64,000 bases of DNA from Pristiophorus japonicus (taxonomy: Eukaryota), in assembly GCF_044704955.1 (NCBI RefSeq), contig NC_091998.1, forward strand, positions 36,456,001 to 36,520,000. Reading direction: 5' to 3'. Position 1 is the first letter of the stretch. The number at the start of each line of letters is the position of its first letter. Position numbers and translations under genes: made by a program. The notes under the pieces are model-generated. The model did no database searches. It was not told the DNA's origin and saw only the letters and a program-made list of their open reading frames with translations. Below, in pieces: positions 1 to 11,332 of the stretch.

Positions 1-1625
1 ATTATGGTCACTCTTCCCCAAGGGGCCTCGCACAACGAGATTGCTAATTAATCCCCTCTCATTACACAACACCCAGTCTAAGATGGCCTCCCCCCTAGTT
101 GGTTCCTCGACATATTGGTCGAGAAAACCATCCCTTATGCACTCCAGGAAATCCTCCTCCACCGTATTGCTTCCAGTTTGGTTAGCCCAATCTATATGCA
201 TATTAAAGTCACCCATGATAACTGCTGCACCTTTATTGCATGCACCCCTAATTTCCTGTTTGATGCCCTCCCCAACATCACTACTACTGTTTGGAGGTCT
301 GTACACAACTCCCACTAACGTTTTTTGCCCTTTGGTGTTCTGCAGCTCTACCCATATAGATTCCATATCATCCAAACTAATGTCCTTCCTAACTATTGCA
401 TTAATCTCCTCTTTAAGCAGCAATGCTACCCCACCTCCTTTTCCTTTTATTCTATCCTTCCTGAATGTTGAATACCCTTGGATGTTGAGTTCCCAGCCCT
501 GATCATCCTGGCGCCACGTCTCTGTAATCCCAATCACATCATATCTGTTACCATCTATTTACACAGTTAATTCATCCACCTTATTACGGATACTCCTTGC
601 ATTAAGACACAAAGCCTTCAGGATTGTTTTTATAACACCCTTTGTCCTTTTAGAATTATGATGTAGTGTGGCCCTTTTTGTTTCTTGCCTTTGTTTACTC
701 GGCCTTCCACTATTGCTTTTTACCTTTCTACCATCTGTTTCTGACTCCATATTACTTCGCCCTGTCTCGCTGCATAGGTTCCCATCCCCCTGCCATATTC
801 GTTTAAACACTCCTGAAATGCATCAGCAAATGTTACCCCCAGGACATCAGTTCCAGTCCTGCCCAAGTGCAAACCGTCCCTTTTGTAAAGGTCCCACTTT
901 CCCCAGAACTGGTTCCAATGTCCCAGGAATTTGAATCCCTCCCTCTTGCACCACTGCTCAATCCACGTATTTATTCTAACTATCCTGCTCCCTCTACTCT
1001 GATTAGCACATGGCACTGGTAGCAATCTAGAGATTACTACCTTTGAGGTCCTACTTTTTAATTTAACTCCTAGCTCCCTAAATTCAGCTTGTAGGACCTC
1101 TTCCCGCTTCTTACCTATATCGTTGGTACCTATATGCACCACGACAACTGGCTGTTCACCCTCCCTCTCCAGAATGCTCTGCAGCCGCTCCGAGACATCC
1201 TTGACCCTTGCACCAGGGAGGCAACATACCATCTTGCGGCCGCAGAAACTCCTATCTATTCCCCTTAAAATAGAGTCCCCTATCACTATAGCTCTCCCAC
1301 TCTTTTTCCCGCCCTTCTGTGCAGCAGAGCCACCCATGGTGCCATGAACCTGGCTGCTGGCGCCTTTCCCTGGTAAGTCATCTCCCCCAACAGTATCCAA
1401 AACGGTGTATCTGTTTTGGAGGGAGATGACCACAGGGGACTCTTGCACTACCTTCCTGCTCTTGCCTTGTCTCTTGGTCACCCATTCATTATCTGTTCTA
1501 ACCCTTACCTGCGGTGTGACCAACTCACTAAATGTGCTATCCACAACATTCTCAGCATTGCACATGCTCCAGGGTGAGTCCATCCGCAGCTCCAGTGCCG
1601 TCATGCGGTCTGTTAGGAACTGCAT
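1..1625 (-). mobile_element. CR1-clade LINE, 5' portion: ORF1 (coiled coil + SGNH/GDSL esterase) and start of ORF2 APE endonuclease, running off the window edge
   Basis: ORF 720..1625 has IVIGDSILRG, VHIGTND and DGLHL esterase motifs; ORF 559..810 ends in LCLNARSIRNKVDEL (EN motif I); closely related to the 41768-46105 copy. Confidence 0.92.
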
Positions 1626-2455
1626 CCTTATTGAATACAGGAGTAGTGCCAGAGGATTGGAGGGTTGCCAATGTTATATCACAATTCAAGAAAGGGATAA
1701 ACCAGGAAACGACAGGCCAGTCAGCCTCACATCAGTGGTGGGGAAGTGACAAAATAAACTTTCATTTGGGAAGGCATGGATTAATCAAGGAGAGCCAGCA
1801 TGGATTTGTTAAAAGTAAATCGTGTCTGACGAACTTGATTGAATTCTCTGACGAGGTAACACAGAAGGTTGATCAAGGTAGTGCAGTAGATGCTGTAAAT
1901 ATGGACCCCCGGAAGGCACTCAACAAAGTGCCACACAGGAGAAGATGGAAGCCCATGGAATTTAGGGGAATGTAGTGGTATGGGTGCAGTAAAAGCATTA
2001 TAAAGTTTTCAGATGCTATGAAACTTGGCAAAGTAGGAGATCATAATGAGGATAGTTATTGGCTTCAGGCTGACATAGACAGGATGCTGAAATGGGCAGA
2101 AGTATGGCAAATGGATTTCAATGCAGAGAAGTGTGAAGTGATGCACTTTGGGAGGACGAATATGGAAAGACAGTATACTATAAATGGCAGGATTTCGAAA
2201 AATACAAATGAGCAGAGGGACCGTGGTATCGATATACACAAACACTTAAAGGTGATACGCCAAGTTGATAAGGTGGTCAAAAAATCATATGGGTTACTTG
2301 GTTTTATAAATAGAGGGATAGAATCTAAAAACAAAAAGATCATGCTAGAACTTTATGAATCACTGGTTAGGCATCAGATGGAATATTGTGGACAATTCTC
2401 GGCATCACATTTCAGGAAAGATGTAAAGGCATTAGAAAGGGTAGAGAGGAGGTTA
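1626..2455 (+). mobile_element. Degenerate CR1 ORF2 (RT) fragment
   Basis: VPEDWRVANV, SQHGFVKSKSCLTNL, WQMDFNAEKCEVMHFG motifs with frameshifts and deletions. Confidence 0.85.
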
Positions 2456-2686
2456 AGAACATAAGAATTAGGAGCAGCAGTAGGCCATAAAGCCCTTCGA
2501 GCCTGCTCCGCCATTCAATAAGATCATGGCTGATCTTCAACCTCAACTCCACTTTCCCGTCGAATCCCCATATCTCTTGATTCTCCTAGAGTCCAAAAAT
2601 CTATTTATCTCAACCTTGAATATACTCAATGATTCAGCATCCACATCCCTTTGAGGTAGAGAATTCTAAAGATTTACAACCCTCTG
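2456..2686 (-). mobile_element. CR1 3' end fragment
   Basis: AAGAACATAAGAA tail and GAGCCTGCTCCGCCATTCAATAAGATCATGG 3' UTR shared with other CR1 copies in the window. Confidence 0.8.
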
Positions 2687-3685
2687 TGTTATGTCCTGAA
2701 TAAAGTAATGTGATTGAGTACTGTAGACATAAGTGTGACAGTCTCTTTATTCTAACTCCAGAGTACTGGCACAGCAAGGGAGGCCCGCCCATGCGCAGCG
2801 CTCCCAAGGGATGCAGGGATCCCTTGGGACTCCAACAGATACGCCCTCCGGTGGCGGTAGAATGCTGGCTACATAGGGTTGCATATACATCATCACTCCC
2901 TCCCAAAAGTCAACGGTATACCCATTCACAGGGTGAGACGATCCCGGGTCCCCTGCTCCTCAGTCAACCGTCTCGGCACAAACGCAGGTGCAGGTGAGCC
3001 AGCCGGTTCCCCGCCGGGCTGCTGTGCAGCCGGCCCCGCTGGGCTACCGGGGACGACGAGCCCGGCCCTGCTGGGCTACCGGGGACGACGAGCCCAGCCC
3101 CGCGGCCAACCGTGACGTCGGCCGCCACCCGCGTATGCGTCAGAGGGCCAAAGCTGGCGGCGTCCTCCTCAGGCTGCCCGCGGCCATCCATGAACCGCAG
3201 CTCGGCCCGGTCCAAATGCTCCCTGCAAGTCAGTCCATCTGCGAGTCCGACCCGAAACACCCCACTCCCCTCCCCGGCTACGACAGCGCCAGCAAGCCAT
3301 CCGGGACCACGTCCACAGACGGCACAAACACAGGGTCACCGACCCCAAATACTACGCGACAAACCCGCGCGATCATGGCACACGCCCCGCCGATGACGCC
3401 CGCCCTCGACGCGATCACGGAGACCAGGGTGGACGAGAGAGAGTCCTGCCCCGAGCACCCCCTTCATGAGCAGCTCGGCTGGGGAACCCCGGCGAGCGAG
3501 CTGGGTCCGGTGCGGTAGCTGCGCAGGACCCGGGACAGGCGGGCCGGCAGGGAGACCCCCCGACACACGTCCCAAGCCCCGCTTAATGGTCCGGACCGCC
3601 CACTCTGCCCGGCCGCCGGATGCGGGCCCGAATGGAGCAGATGCGACGCGAACCGATCCCATCGCGGGCCATGAACTTCATAGAC
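2687..3685 (-). mobile_element. Gypsy (Mag-like) LTR retrotransposon remnant: 3' LTR (2687-2892), PPT and A-to-G hypermutated integrase C-terminal region
   Basis: TG...CA bounded ~206 bp LTR with minus-strand AATAAA; adjacent PPT (TCACTCCCTCCC on +); ORFs 3336..3662 and 2964..3260 align to the integrases at 28572 and 31971-32473. Confidence 0.85.
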
Positions 3686-3691
3686 TATCAC

Positions 3692-3945
3692 TAAAAGCAA
3701 GACTTGCATTTATATAGCGCCTTTCATGACTTCAGGACGCCTCAAAGATCTTCACAATGAAGTATTTTTGAAGTGTGGTCACTGATGTAATGTAGGAAAC
3801 ACAGCAGCCAATTTGCGCACAGCAAGCTCCCACAAACAGCAATATGATAATTGGTTTTTAGTGATGGTGGTTGAGGGATAAATATTGGCCAGGACACCGG
3901 GGATAAAACTTGGTTTAATATCTCATCTGAGTTATGGCACCTCAG
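3692..3945 (-). mobile_element. Deu-domain SINE (SacSINE1/AmnSINE1-like), 3' part
   Basis: GCATTTATATAGCGCCTTT tail and CAGCCAATTTGCGCACAGCAAG core, repeated at 7893, 25275 and 52600. Confidence 0.8.
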
Positions 3946-4600
3946 ACTGTGCAGCACTCCCTCAGTCCTGCCCCTCCGACAGTGCGGCGCTCCCTCAGTA
4001 CTGCCCCTCCGACAGTGCGGCACTCCCTCAGTACTGCCCCTCCGACAGTGCGGCGCTCCCTCAGTACTGCCCCTCCGACAGTGCGGCACTCCCTCAGTAC
4101 TGCCCCTCCGACAGTGCGGCACTCCCTCAGTACTGCCCCTCCGACAGTACGGCACTCCCTCAGTATTGCCCCTCCGACAGTGCGGCACTCCCTCAGTACT
4201 GCCCCTCCGACAGTGCGGCACTCCCTCAGTACTGCCCCTCCGACAGTGCGGGGCTCCCTCAGTACTGCCCCTCCGACAGTGCGGCACTCCCTCAGTACTG
4301 CCCCTCCGACAGTGCGGCGCTCCCTCAGTACTGCCCCTCCGACAGTGCGGCACTCCCTCAGTACTGCCCCTCCGAACTGCGGCACTCCCTCAGTACTGCC
4401 CCTCCGACAGTGCGGCGCTCCCTCAGTATTGCCCCTCCGACAGTGCGGCACTCCCTCAGTACTGCCCCTCCGACAGTGCGGCACTCCCTCAGTACTGCCC
4501 CTCCGACAGTGCGGCACTCCCTCAGTACTGCCCCTCCGACAGTGCGGCACTCCCTCAGTACTGCCCCTCCGACAGTGCGGCACTCCCTCAGTACTGCACT
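3940..4600. repeat. 33-bp minisatellite (~20 copies) expanded from the SINE body
   Basis: Unit CAGTACTGCCCCTCCGACAGTGCGGCACTCCCT; single-copy form visible in the SINE at ~25585-25625. Confidence 0.95.
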
Positions 4601-5064
4601 GACCATGTATGTGAACGAGTTTGACTGTGCAAGTTATAAATACAGGAAAGGTTTATGAAAAGCAGGACATGACAGGATAGCCGGTGTAGCTCAAGCTATT
4701 GGATTCCAATCCACTTCCTCCACAACCTTCTGTGCCGTTGAGAAGCTTACCGTGCCTTCTGCTCACCCCAGTGATCAGCCGCGAACAACTGCTCCAGTGC
4801 CTGGGGGTTTTAAACCACGGCCTCCTGACTCGGGCCTGATCACTACCCCCGCCCTCCCTCCCCCCACCCCCGCCACGAATCACGGGTTACACTGTCCCAG
4901 GGAAGTGAGTTGCAAGGAGAGACTCGAGTCATAAGAACATAGAAATAGGAGGAGTCGGCCCCTCGAGCCTACTCCGCCATTCAATACGATCATGGCTGAT
5001 CATCGACCTCAACTCCACTTTCCCGCCTGATCTCTATATATAGAGACGTGCGGGGGGGGGGGGG

Positions 5065-5392
5065 AATGTGTGCAGTCTCTGGGTGTGGGTGTGGGAGTGG
5101 GCGATGGGGAGTGAGTGTGTGTGGGCGATGGGGAGTGAGTGTGTGTGTGTGTGTGGGCGATGGGGAGTGAGTGTGTGTGTGTGTGTGGGCGATGGGGAGC
5201 GAGTGTGNNNNNNNNNNNNNNNNNNNNNNNNNNNNNNNNNNNNNNNNNNNNNNNNNNNNNNNNNNNNNNNNNNNNNNNNNNNNNNNNNNNNNNNNNNNNN
5301 NNNNNNNNNNNNNNNNNNNNNNNNNNNNNNNNNNNNNNNNNNNNNNNNNNNNNNNNNNNNNNNNNNNNNNNNNNNNNNNNNNNTGATGGGGA

Positions 5393-5423
<31 letters not shown>

Positions 5424-5444
5424 GGGGTGGGTGGGTGATGGGGA

Positions 5445-5476
<32 letters not shown>

Positions 5477-5534
5477 TGGGGAGTGTGTGTGTGTGTGATG
5501 GGGAGTGAGTGTGTGTGTGTGTGTGTGATGGGGA

Positions 5535-5581
<47 letters not shown>

Positions 5582-5685
5582 CGATGGGGAGCGAGTGTGT
5601 GTTTGTGTGTGGGCGATGGGGAGTGAGTGTGTGTGTGTGTGTGTGTGTGGGTGATGGGAGGGGAGGTGTGTGGGGGTGATGTGGG
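5065..5685. repeat. (TG)n / GATGGGGAGTGA compound microsatellite spanning an assembly gap (N 5208-5383)
   Basis: Direct inspection. Confidence 0.95.
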
Positions 5686-6149
5686 CATATAATTATAGTT
5701 ACAGGGTTAAATTTAAGATTGTGTCTAAAAGAATGAAGGGAGAGATTAGGAGAATGTTGTTTACACAGAGTTGTTAGAAGAGGGAACGCTCGACCAGAAA
5801 CAGTGCAACAGTCAGGAAACATCCTAACAATCGCTTCTCAAGGTCACAGAAGGTTCTGGAAGAAGTGGTTTGGAACAGCTAACTTGTCTACTTTAAAATC
5901 AACTATTTCTGTCCAGTCCAACTCTGTCACCGACACACGGACACTCAGCAAGCCCCCACCCCGACACTGACGCCCCTCCCACAGGAGGGCGGGATTCTGG
6001 GAGGGGGCCAGCAGCCTGGCTCCGTAAACCAATATCTTGCTCCACAATAGACGACAAACTGGCCGATTGTTAATCGTGGGCCGGAAACGGTGGGAATGTT
6101 TTCCTGCACAACTCGCACCGGTTCTGTACAGCACAGACTGAGATTACAG

Positions 6150-7090
6150 CCCCACGCCCCCACACACAGCCCCCACACCTCTTCCCCCCCACCTCCCCAC
6201 ACACACCCAGCCCCCTCACACCCAGAGGCTGCCCCCACCACACACACACCCAGCCCCCTCACACCCAGACACTGCCCCCCCACACACACACCCATCCCCC
6301 TCACACACACACCCAGAGACTGCCCCCCCCCCCCACACACACACCCAGCCCCCTCACACCCAGAGGCTGCCCCCACCACACACACACCCAGCCCCCTCAC
6401 ACCCAGAGACTGCCCCCCCACACCCACACCCAGCCCCCTCACACCCAGACACTGCCCCCCCACACACACACCCATCCCCCTCACACACACACCCAGAGAC
6501 TGCCCCCCCCCACACACACACCCAGACCCCTCACACCCAGAAATTGCCCCCCTCACACACACCCATCCCCCTCACACACACACACCCAGCCCCCTCACAC
6601 CCAGACACTGCCCCCCCCCCCCACACACACACACCCATCCCCCTCACACACACACCCAGCCCCCTCCCACCCAGAGACTGCCCCCGCCCCTGCCACACAC
6701 ACACCCATCCATCCCCCACACCTCCGCCCCTCCCCCACACTCAGTGAAAGCCCCTCCACCCCCTTCACCCCCCCCCACCACAAACCCAACCCCCTCACAC
6801 AGCACCCCCCCAACCAGTGACAGTCCCCCGCCTCAGAGCCCCTGTATCTGCCCCAAACCCCCTCTGACTACCCATACACACCCATCCCCCACACTCACCC
6901 ATCCCCCTCACACCCAGTGACAGTCCCCCCGCCACACACACAGAGATTGCCCCTCCCACCCCCTGTAACTGCCCCAAACCTCCTCTGACTACCCCACCCC
7001 GTGACTGCACCCCCCTCACACACACCCATCCCCCCCACACCGAGACGGCCTCCAACCCCTCCCCGAGATTGCCTCAGACACCCCACACCA
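6150..7090. repeat. C/A-rich degenerate minisatellite (CCCCCTCACACCCAGA units)
   Basis: Direct inspection; produces spurious Pro/His/Thr ORFs. Confidence 0.9.
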
Positions 7091-7212
7091 AACAGAATTG
7101 AGACCCAGTTCTGTTGGTGACGGGGTGGCGGGAGGAATTGAGAGAAAGAAAAGTAATGTATTGTGCATTTATGTAGTGCCTTTCACAACCACAAGGCATC
7201 CCAAATCGCTTT

Positions 7213-7890
7213 AGGAACATAGGAACAGTAGAAGGCCATTCAGCCCCTGGAACCCATTCCACCATTCAACATGATCATGGCTGATCAGTGACCTAACTCC
7301 ACATCTCTTTATTTGTGGGAGAGAGCTCCACACTTGTACTGCCCTTTGTGTGGAGAAGTGTTTCCTAACTTCTCTCCTGAATATCCTGGCTCTGATTTTA
7401 ATGTTATGCCCCTTGTTCTAGACTCTCCCAGCAGTTGAAAAAAGTTTCTCTCTATCAACCCAATCAACTTCTTTCAAAATCCTAAAAACCTCAATCAAAT
7501 CCCCCTGCAAGCTTCTATATTCCAGGGAATACAAGCTTACTTTGTGTAATCTCACCCTTGGAGCCCGGGTAACATTCTGGGGAATCTGCGCTGCGCGCCT
7601 TCCAAGGCCAATATATCCTTTCAACGGTGCGGTACCCAAAACTCCAGATTGGTCTAACCAGGGCTTTGTACAGCTGGAGAAAAACCTCCTCCCCTTTATA
7701 TTCCAGCCCTCGGTATAAAGGCCAATGTTCCATTAGCCTTTGATTATTTTTTGTACCTGACCTTTACATTTCACTAAGCTGTGTACATGGACCCCCAATC
7801 CAATCTCTCTGGACCACCACTGTTCCTAGCTTTTCACCATTTAAAGAATCCCGATCTATCTTTCTACAGCCCACAGTGGATGGCTTCACA
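7213..7890 (-). mobile_element. Old CR1 3' fragment
   Basis: GLEYKGEEVFLQLYKALVRP and LYSLEYRSLQGDLIEVFRIL motifs. Confidence 0.8.
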
Positions 7891-7892
7891 CT

Positions 7893-8170
7893 TACAGCCA
7901 ATGACGTACTTTTGGAGTGTAGTCACTGTTGTAATGTGGGAAACGCGGCAGCCAATTTGCGCACAGCAAGATCCTACAAATATCAATGTGATAATAACCA
8001 AATAATCTGTTTTATTGATGTTGCTTGAGGGATAAATATTGGCCCAGGACACCGGGGATAACTCCTCTGCTCTTCTTCAAATAGTGCCATGGGATCTTTT
8101 ACATCCACCTGAGAGAGCAGACGGGGCCTCGGTTTAACGTCTCATCTGAAAGACGGCACCTCCAACAGTG
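7893..8170 (-). mobile_element. Deu-domain SINE fragment
   Basis: Same core as the 25275 and 52600 copies. Confidence 0.8.
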
Positions 8171-8254
8171 TATCCCTCTTCTTTCAATAGTGCCATGGGA
8201 TCTTTTGCGTCCATGTGCGAGGATTTTGTTTTAACACCTGTTGTTCACCATTTA

Positions 8255-10400
8255 CACAAACGATTTGGACTCGGGAATCGGAAGTACAACTTCAAAATTT
8301 GCGCATGACACCAAATTTTGGGTAGGGGTGGGATAGTTAACACAGAGGAAGACTGCGACAAAATACAAGACATTAATAAACTTGCATGCAATTGGCCAGT
8401 GAGCTTCAGTATCTATCAGTGCGAGGTAATACATGTTGGTTGGAAGAATAAGGAGACCACAAACGCCTTGGAAAATAAATGTGGCAACAGAGCAGAGGAA
8501 CAGGACTCCGGGGCACAGATACACACATCACTAGAAGTAACAACGCAGGTTAACAAGGCCATAAAAAGCAAACACAGCACTGGGTCATTTACAGAATTGA
8601 AAAACAGAGAAGTTATGTTAAACTTGTACAAAACCTTAGTTAGACCACACTTGGAGTACTGTGAACAGTTCTGGTCTCCATGTTATAAAAAGGATACAGA
8701 GGCACTGGAGAAACATAGAAAGAGAAAATAGGTGCAGGAGTAGGCCATTCGGCCCTTCGAGCCTGCACCGCCACTCAATAAGATCATGGCTGATCATTCC
8801 TTCAGTACCCCTTTCCTGCTTTCTCTCCATACCCCTTGATCCCCTTAACCGTAAGGGCCATATCTAACTCCCTCTTGAATATATCCAATGAACTGGCATC
8901 AACAACTCTCTGCGGCAGGGAATTCCACAGGTCAACAACTCTCTGAGTGAAAAAGTTTCTCCTCATCTCAGTCCTAAATGGCCTACCCCTTATCCAAAGA
9001 CTATGTTCCCTGGTTCTGGACTTCCCCAACATCGAGAACATTCTTCCCGTATCAAACCTGTCCAGTCCCGTCAGAATCTTAAATGTTTCTATGAGATCCT
9101 CTCTCATCCTTCTAAACCCCAGTGAATAAAGGCCCAGTTGATCCAGTCTCGCCTCATATGACAGCCCAGCCATCCCTGGAATCAGTCTGGTGAACCTTCG
9201 CTGCACTCCCTCAATAGCAAGAACGTCCTTCCTCAGATTAGGAGACCAAAACTGAACACAATATTCCAGGTGAGGCTTCACTAAGGCCCTGTACAACTGC
9301 AGTAAGACCTCCCTGTTCCTATATTCAAATCCCCTAGCTATGAAGGCCAACATACCATTTGCCTTCTTTACCGCTTGCTGTACCTGCGTTCCCACTTTCA
9401 GTGACTGATGAACCATGACACCCAGGTCTCGTTGCACTCCCCCTCTTTTCTAGACTGCTGCCATTCAGATAATATTCTGCCTTTGCGTTCCCGCCCCCAA
9501 AATGGACAACCCCACATCCATCCACACCATACTGCATCAGCCATGCACCTGCCCACCCACTCAATCTGTCCAAGTCACCCTGCAGCCTCCCAGCGTCCTC
9601 CCCACAGCTCACACCACCACCCAGTCCAGTGTCATCCGCAAACCTGGAGACACTACACTCCATTCCCTCATCCAAATCGTCAATGTACATTGCAAAGAGC
9701 TGGGGTCCCAGCACTGAGCCCCGTGGCACCCTACCAGCAACTGCCCGCCACTCTGAAAAGGACCCGTCCATCCCTACTCTCTGCCCCTGCCCGCCAACCA
9801 GCCCACCACTCACGCCAGAACACCACCCCCAATACCATGCGCCCCGATCTCGCTCACCAATCTCCTGTGTGGGACCCCACCAAAAGTCCTCCGAAAGTCC
9901 AAATACACCACATCCACTGGTCCTCCCCCGTCCACCCCACCAGCCACATCCCCAAAAAATTCCAGAAGATTCGTCAAGAAGGTGCAACAATAGTTACTAG
10001 GATGATAGCAGAACTGAGGTTTATACCCATTAGGAAAGATTGAACAGCCTGGGGCCCTTTTCTCGGGAAAGGGGAAGACTGAGGGGTGAGCCGATAGAGG
10101 TCTTCAAGATGATGAAAGGGTAGATGTCGAGAAAATGTTTCCACTTGTGGGGGAGTCCAAAACTAGAGCTCATCCACATATGTCAGTAATAAATCCAATG
10201 GGGAATTCAGGAGAAACTTCTTCACCCATGAGAGCGGTGAGAATGTGGAACTCACTGCCACAGGAAGGGGTTGAGGTGAGTAGCACAGATACATTTAAGG
10301 GGAAGCTGGATAAACTTACGAGGGGGAAAAGGAGGAGCTTGTGGAGCATAAACACCGGCACGGACCAATCGGGCCGAATGGCCTGTTTCTGTGCTGTACA
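8255..10400 (+). mobile_element. Old CR1 3' fragment split by a younger CR1 insertion (halves 8255-8712 and 9977-10400)
   Basis: GGCACTGGAGAA and AGAAGGTGCAA rejoin as ALEKVQ; AGAA duplicated at both junctions. Confidence 0.8.
8713..9976 (-). mobile_element. 5'-truncated CR1 insertion; 3' part normal, 5' ~490 bp A-to-G hypermutated
   Basis: ORF 8802..9437 nearly identical to the ORF2 C-terminus of other copies; ORF 9334..9990 is RT core with Gly/Arg/Ala/Asp substitutions. Confidence 0.92.
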
Positions 10401-10789
10401 TGCGATATAAATGTTAGTTTATTTTATGATTGGCCGATGTTGAGTCAGTGCAGTTTCTGCTCTCTCTCCCACATCCCTTTCAACCGCTCACCAATTCTTC
10501 AAGTGACACACTGCTGCTCCACCCCACCAGCTCAGCCTTAGATGTGAATATACAGAGTTTCCTAATCCAGGTGATGAATGCAGTTTATAACATCTCATCA
10601 CTCCCGACTACTCACTGCTTCTCCCCTGTCACCAATCGCTTAGCCAAGTCCAACTTTCAGCCACGATACCGAATGCCTGAGGTGTGTGTGGCAGCCTTTC
10701 ATGTGGAACCTTAACCAGAGCTTTCTTGCAGTCAAACATCACACCACAAGGCTGTTCAACAATTTCTCAGAAATGGCAGAAGTGGGAAC

Positions 10790-11245
10790 AACCCCAACAC
10801 CTAACAATACTCCAAATATCCCAAGTACCCCCACAAAACACCCCGAATATCCATCCACCACCCCAGCCCCCAAATACCCCCACAAATCACCCCCAGAGCT
10901 CCAACCCCCAATCCCAGACAGAGCCCCCACACACAGCCCCAACCCCCAACCCCTAAACAGAGCCCCCACCCTGACCCCCCACACACAGCCTCAACCCTCA
11001 TCCCCCACACATAACCCCAACCCCCACACAGAGCCCCAACCTTCACCCCCCACACAGAACCCCAACCCTCACCCCCTACACAGAGCCCCAACCCTCACCC
11101 CCCACACAAAGCCCCAACCCTCACCCCCTACACAGAGCCCCAACCCCCACACACAACCCCAACCCCCTACACAGAGCCCCAACCCTCACACATAGCCCCA
11201 ACCCCCCCCTCACACACACACACACACACACAGCCCCCCACCCAC
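10790..11245. repeat. C/A-rich minisatellite (ACAGAGCCCCAACCC units) at the intron 5' end
   Basis: Direct inspection. Confidence 0.85.
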
Positions 11246-11251
11246 ACTTAC

Positions 11252-11332
11252 CCAGAAGATGATGTTGAAAACGAACAGGACGTATTTGAAGACACAGCTG
11301 ACCTGCGCCCCCTGGTACTTGTAATGTGGCAT
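11252..11332 (-). CDS. TSPAN14: First coding exon of a TspanC8 tetraspanin, best match tetraspanin-14 (MPHYKYQGAQVSCVFKYVLFVFNIIFW)
   Basis: 27 codons from gccgagATG to TGG then GTAAGT donor; VSC-KY-LF-NIIFW motif and 81-nt exon typical of TSPAN14/5/17; linkage to DNAJC9 (both on human 10q) favours TSPAN14; later exons not found in the window. Confidence 0.75.

Noticed and set aside
2940-3680. Apparent CpG island or GC-rich gene with several overlapping ORFs
   Set aside because: Explained by A>G hypermutation of a Gypsy integrase, which removes stops and creates CpGs
4678-4760. tRNA-like start (GCCGGTGTAGCTCAAG)
   Set aside because: No B box/T arm or acceptor-stem partner seen
3742-7090. 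Long repetitive ORFs (CPSDSAALPQY repeats, poly-His/Thr/Pro); similar ones at 50304-51306 and 61823-63308
   Set aside because: Stop-free frames of tandem repeats open on both strands, with no splice or homology support
9485-9976. GC-biased gene conversion or APOBEC editing as the cause
   Set aside because: Changes are mostly one transition type on one strand; gBGC is strand-symmetric and APOBEC gives sense-strand G>A
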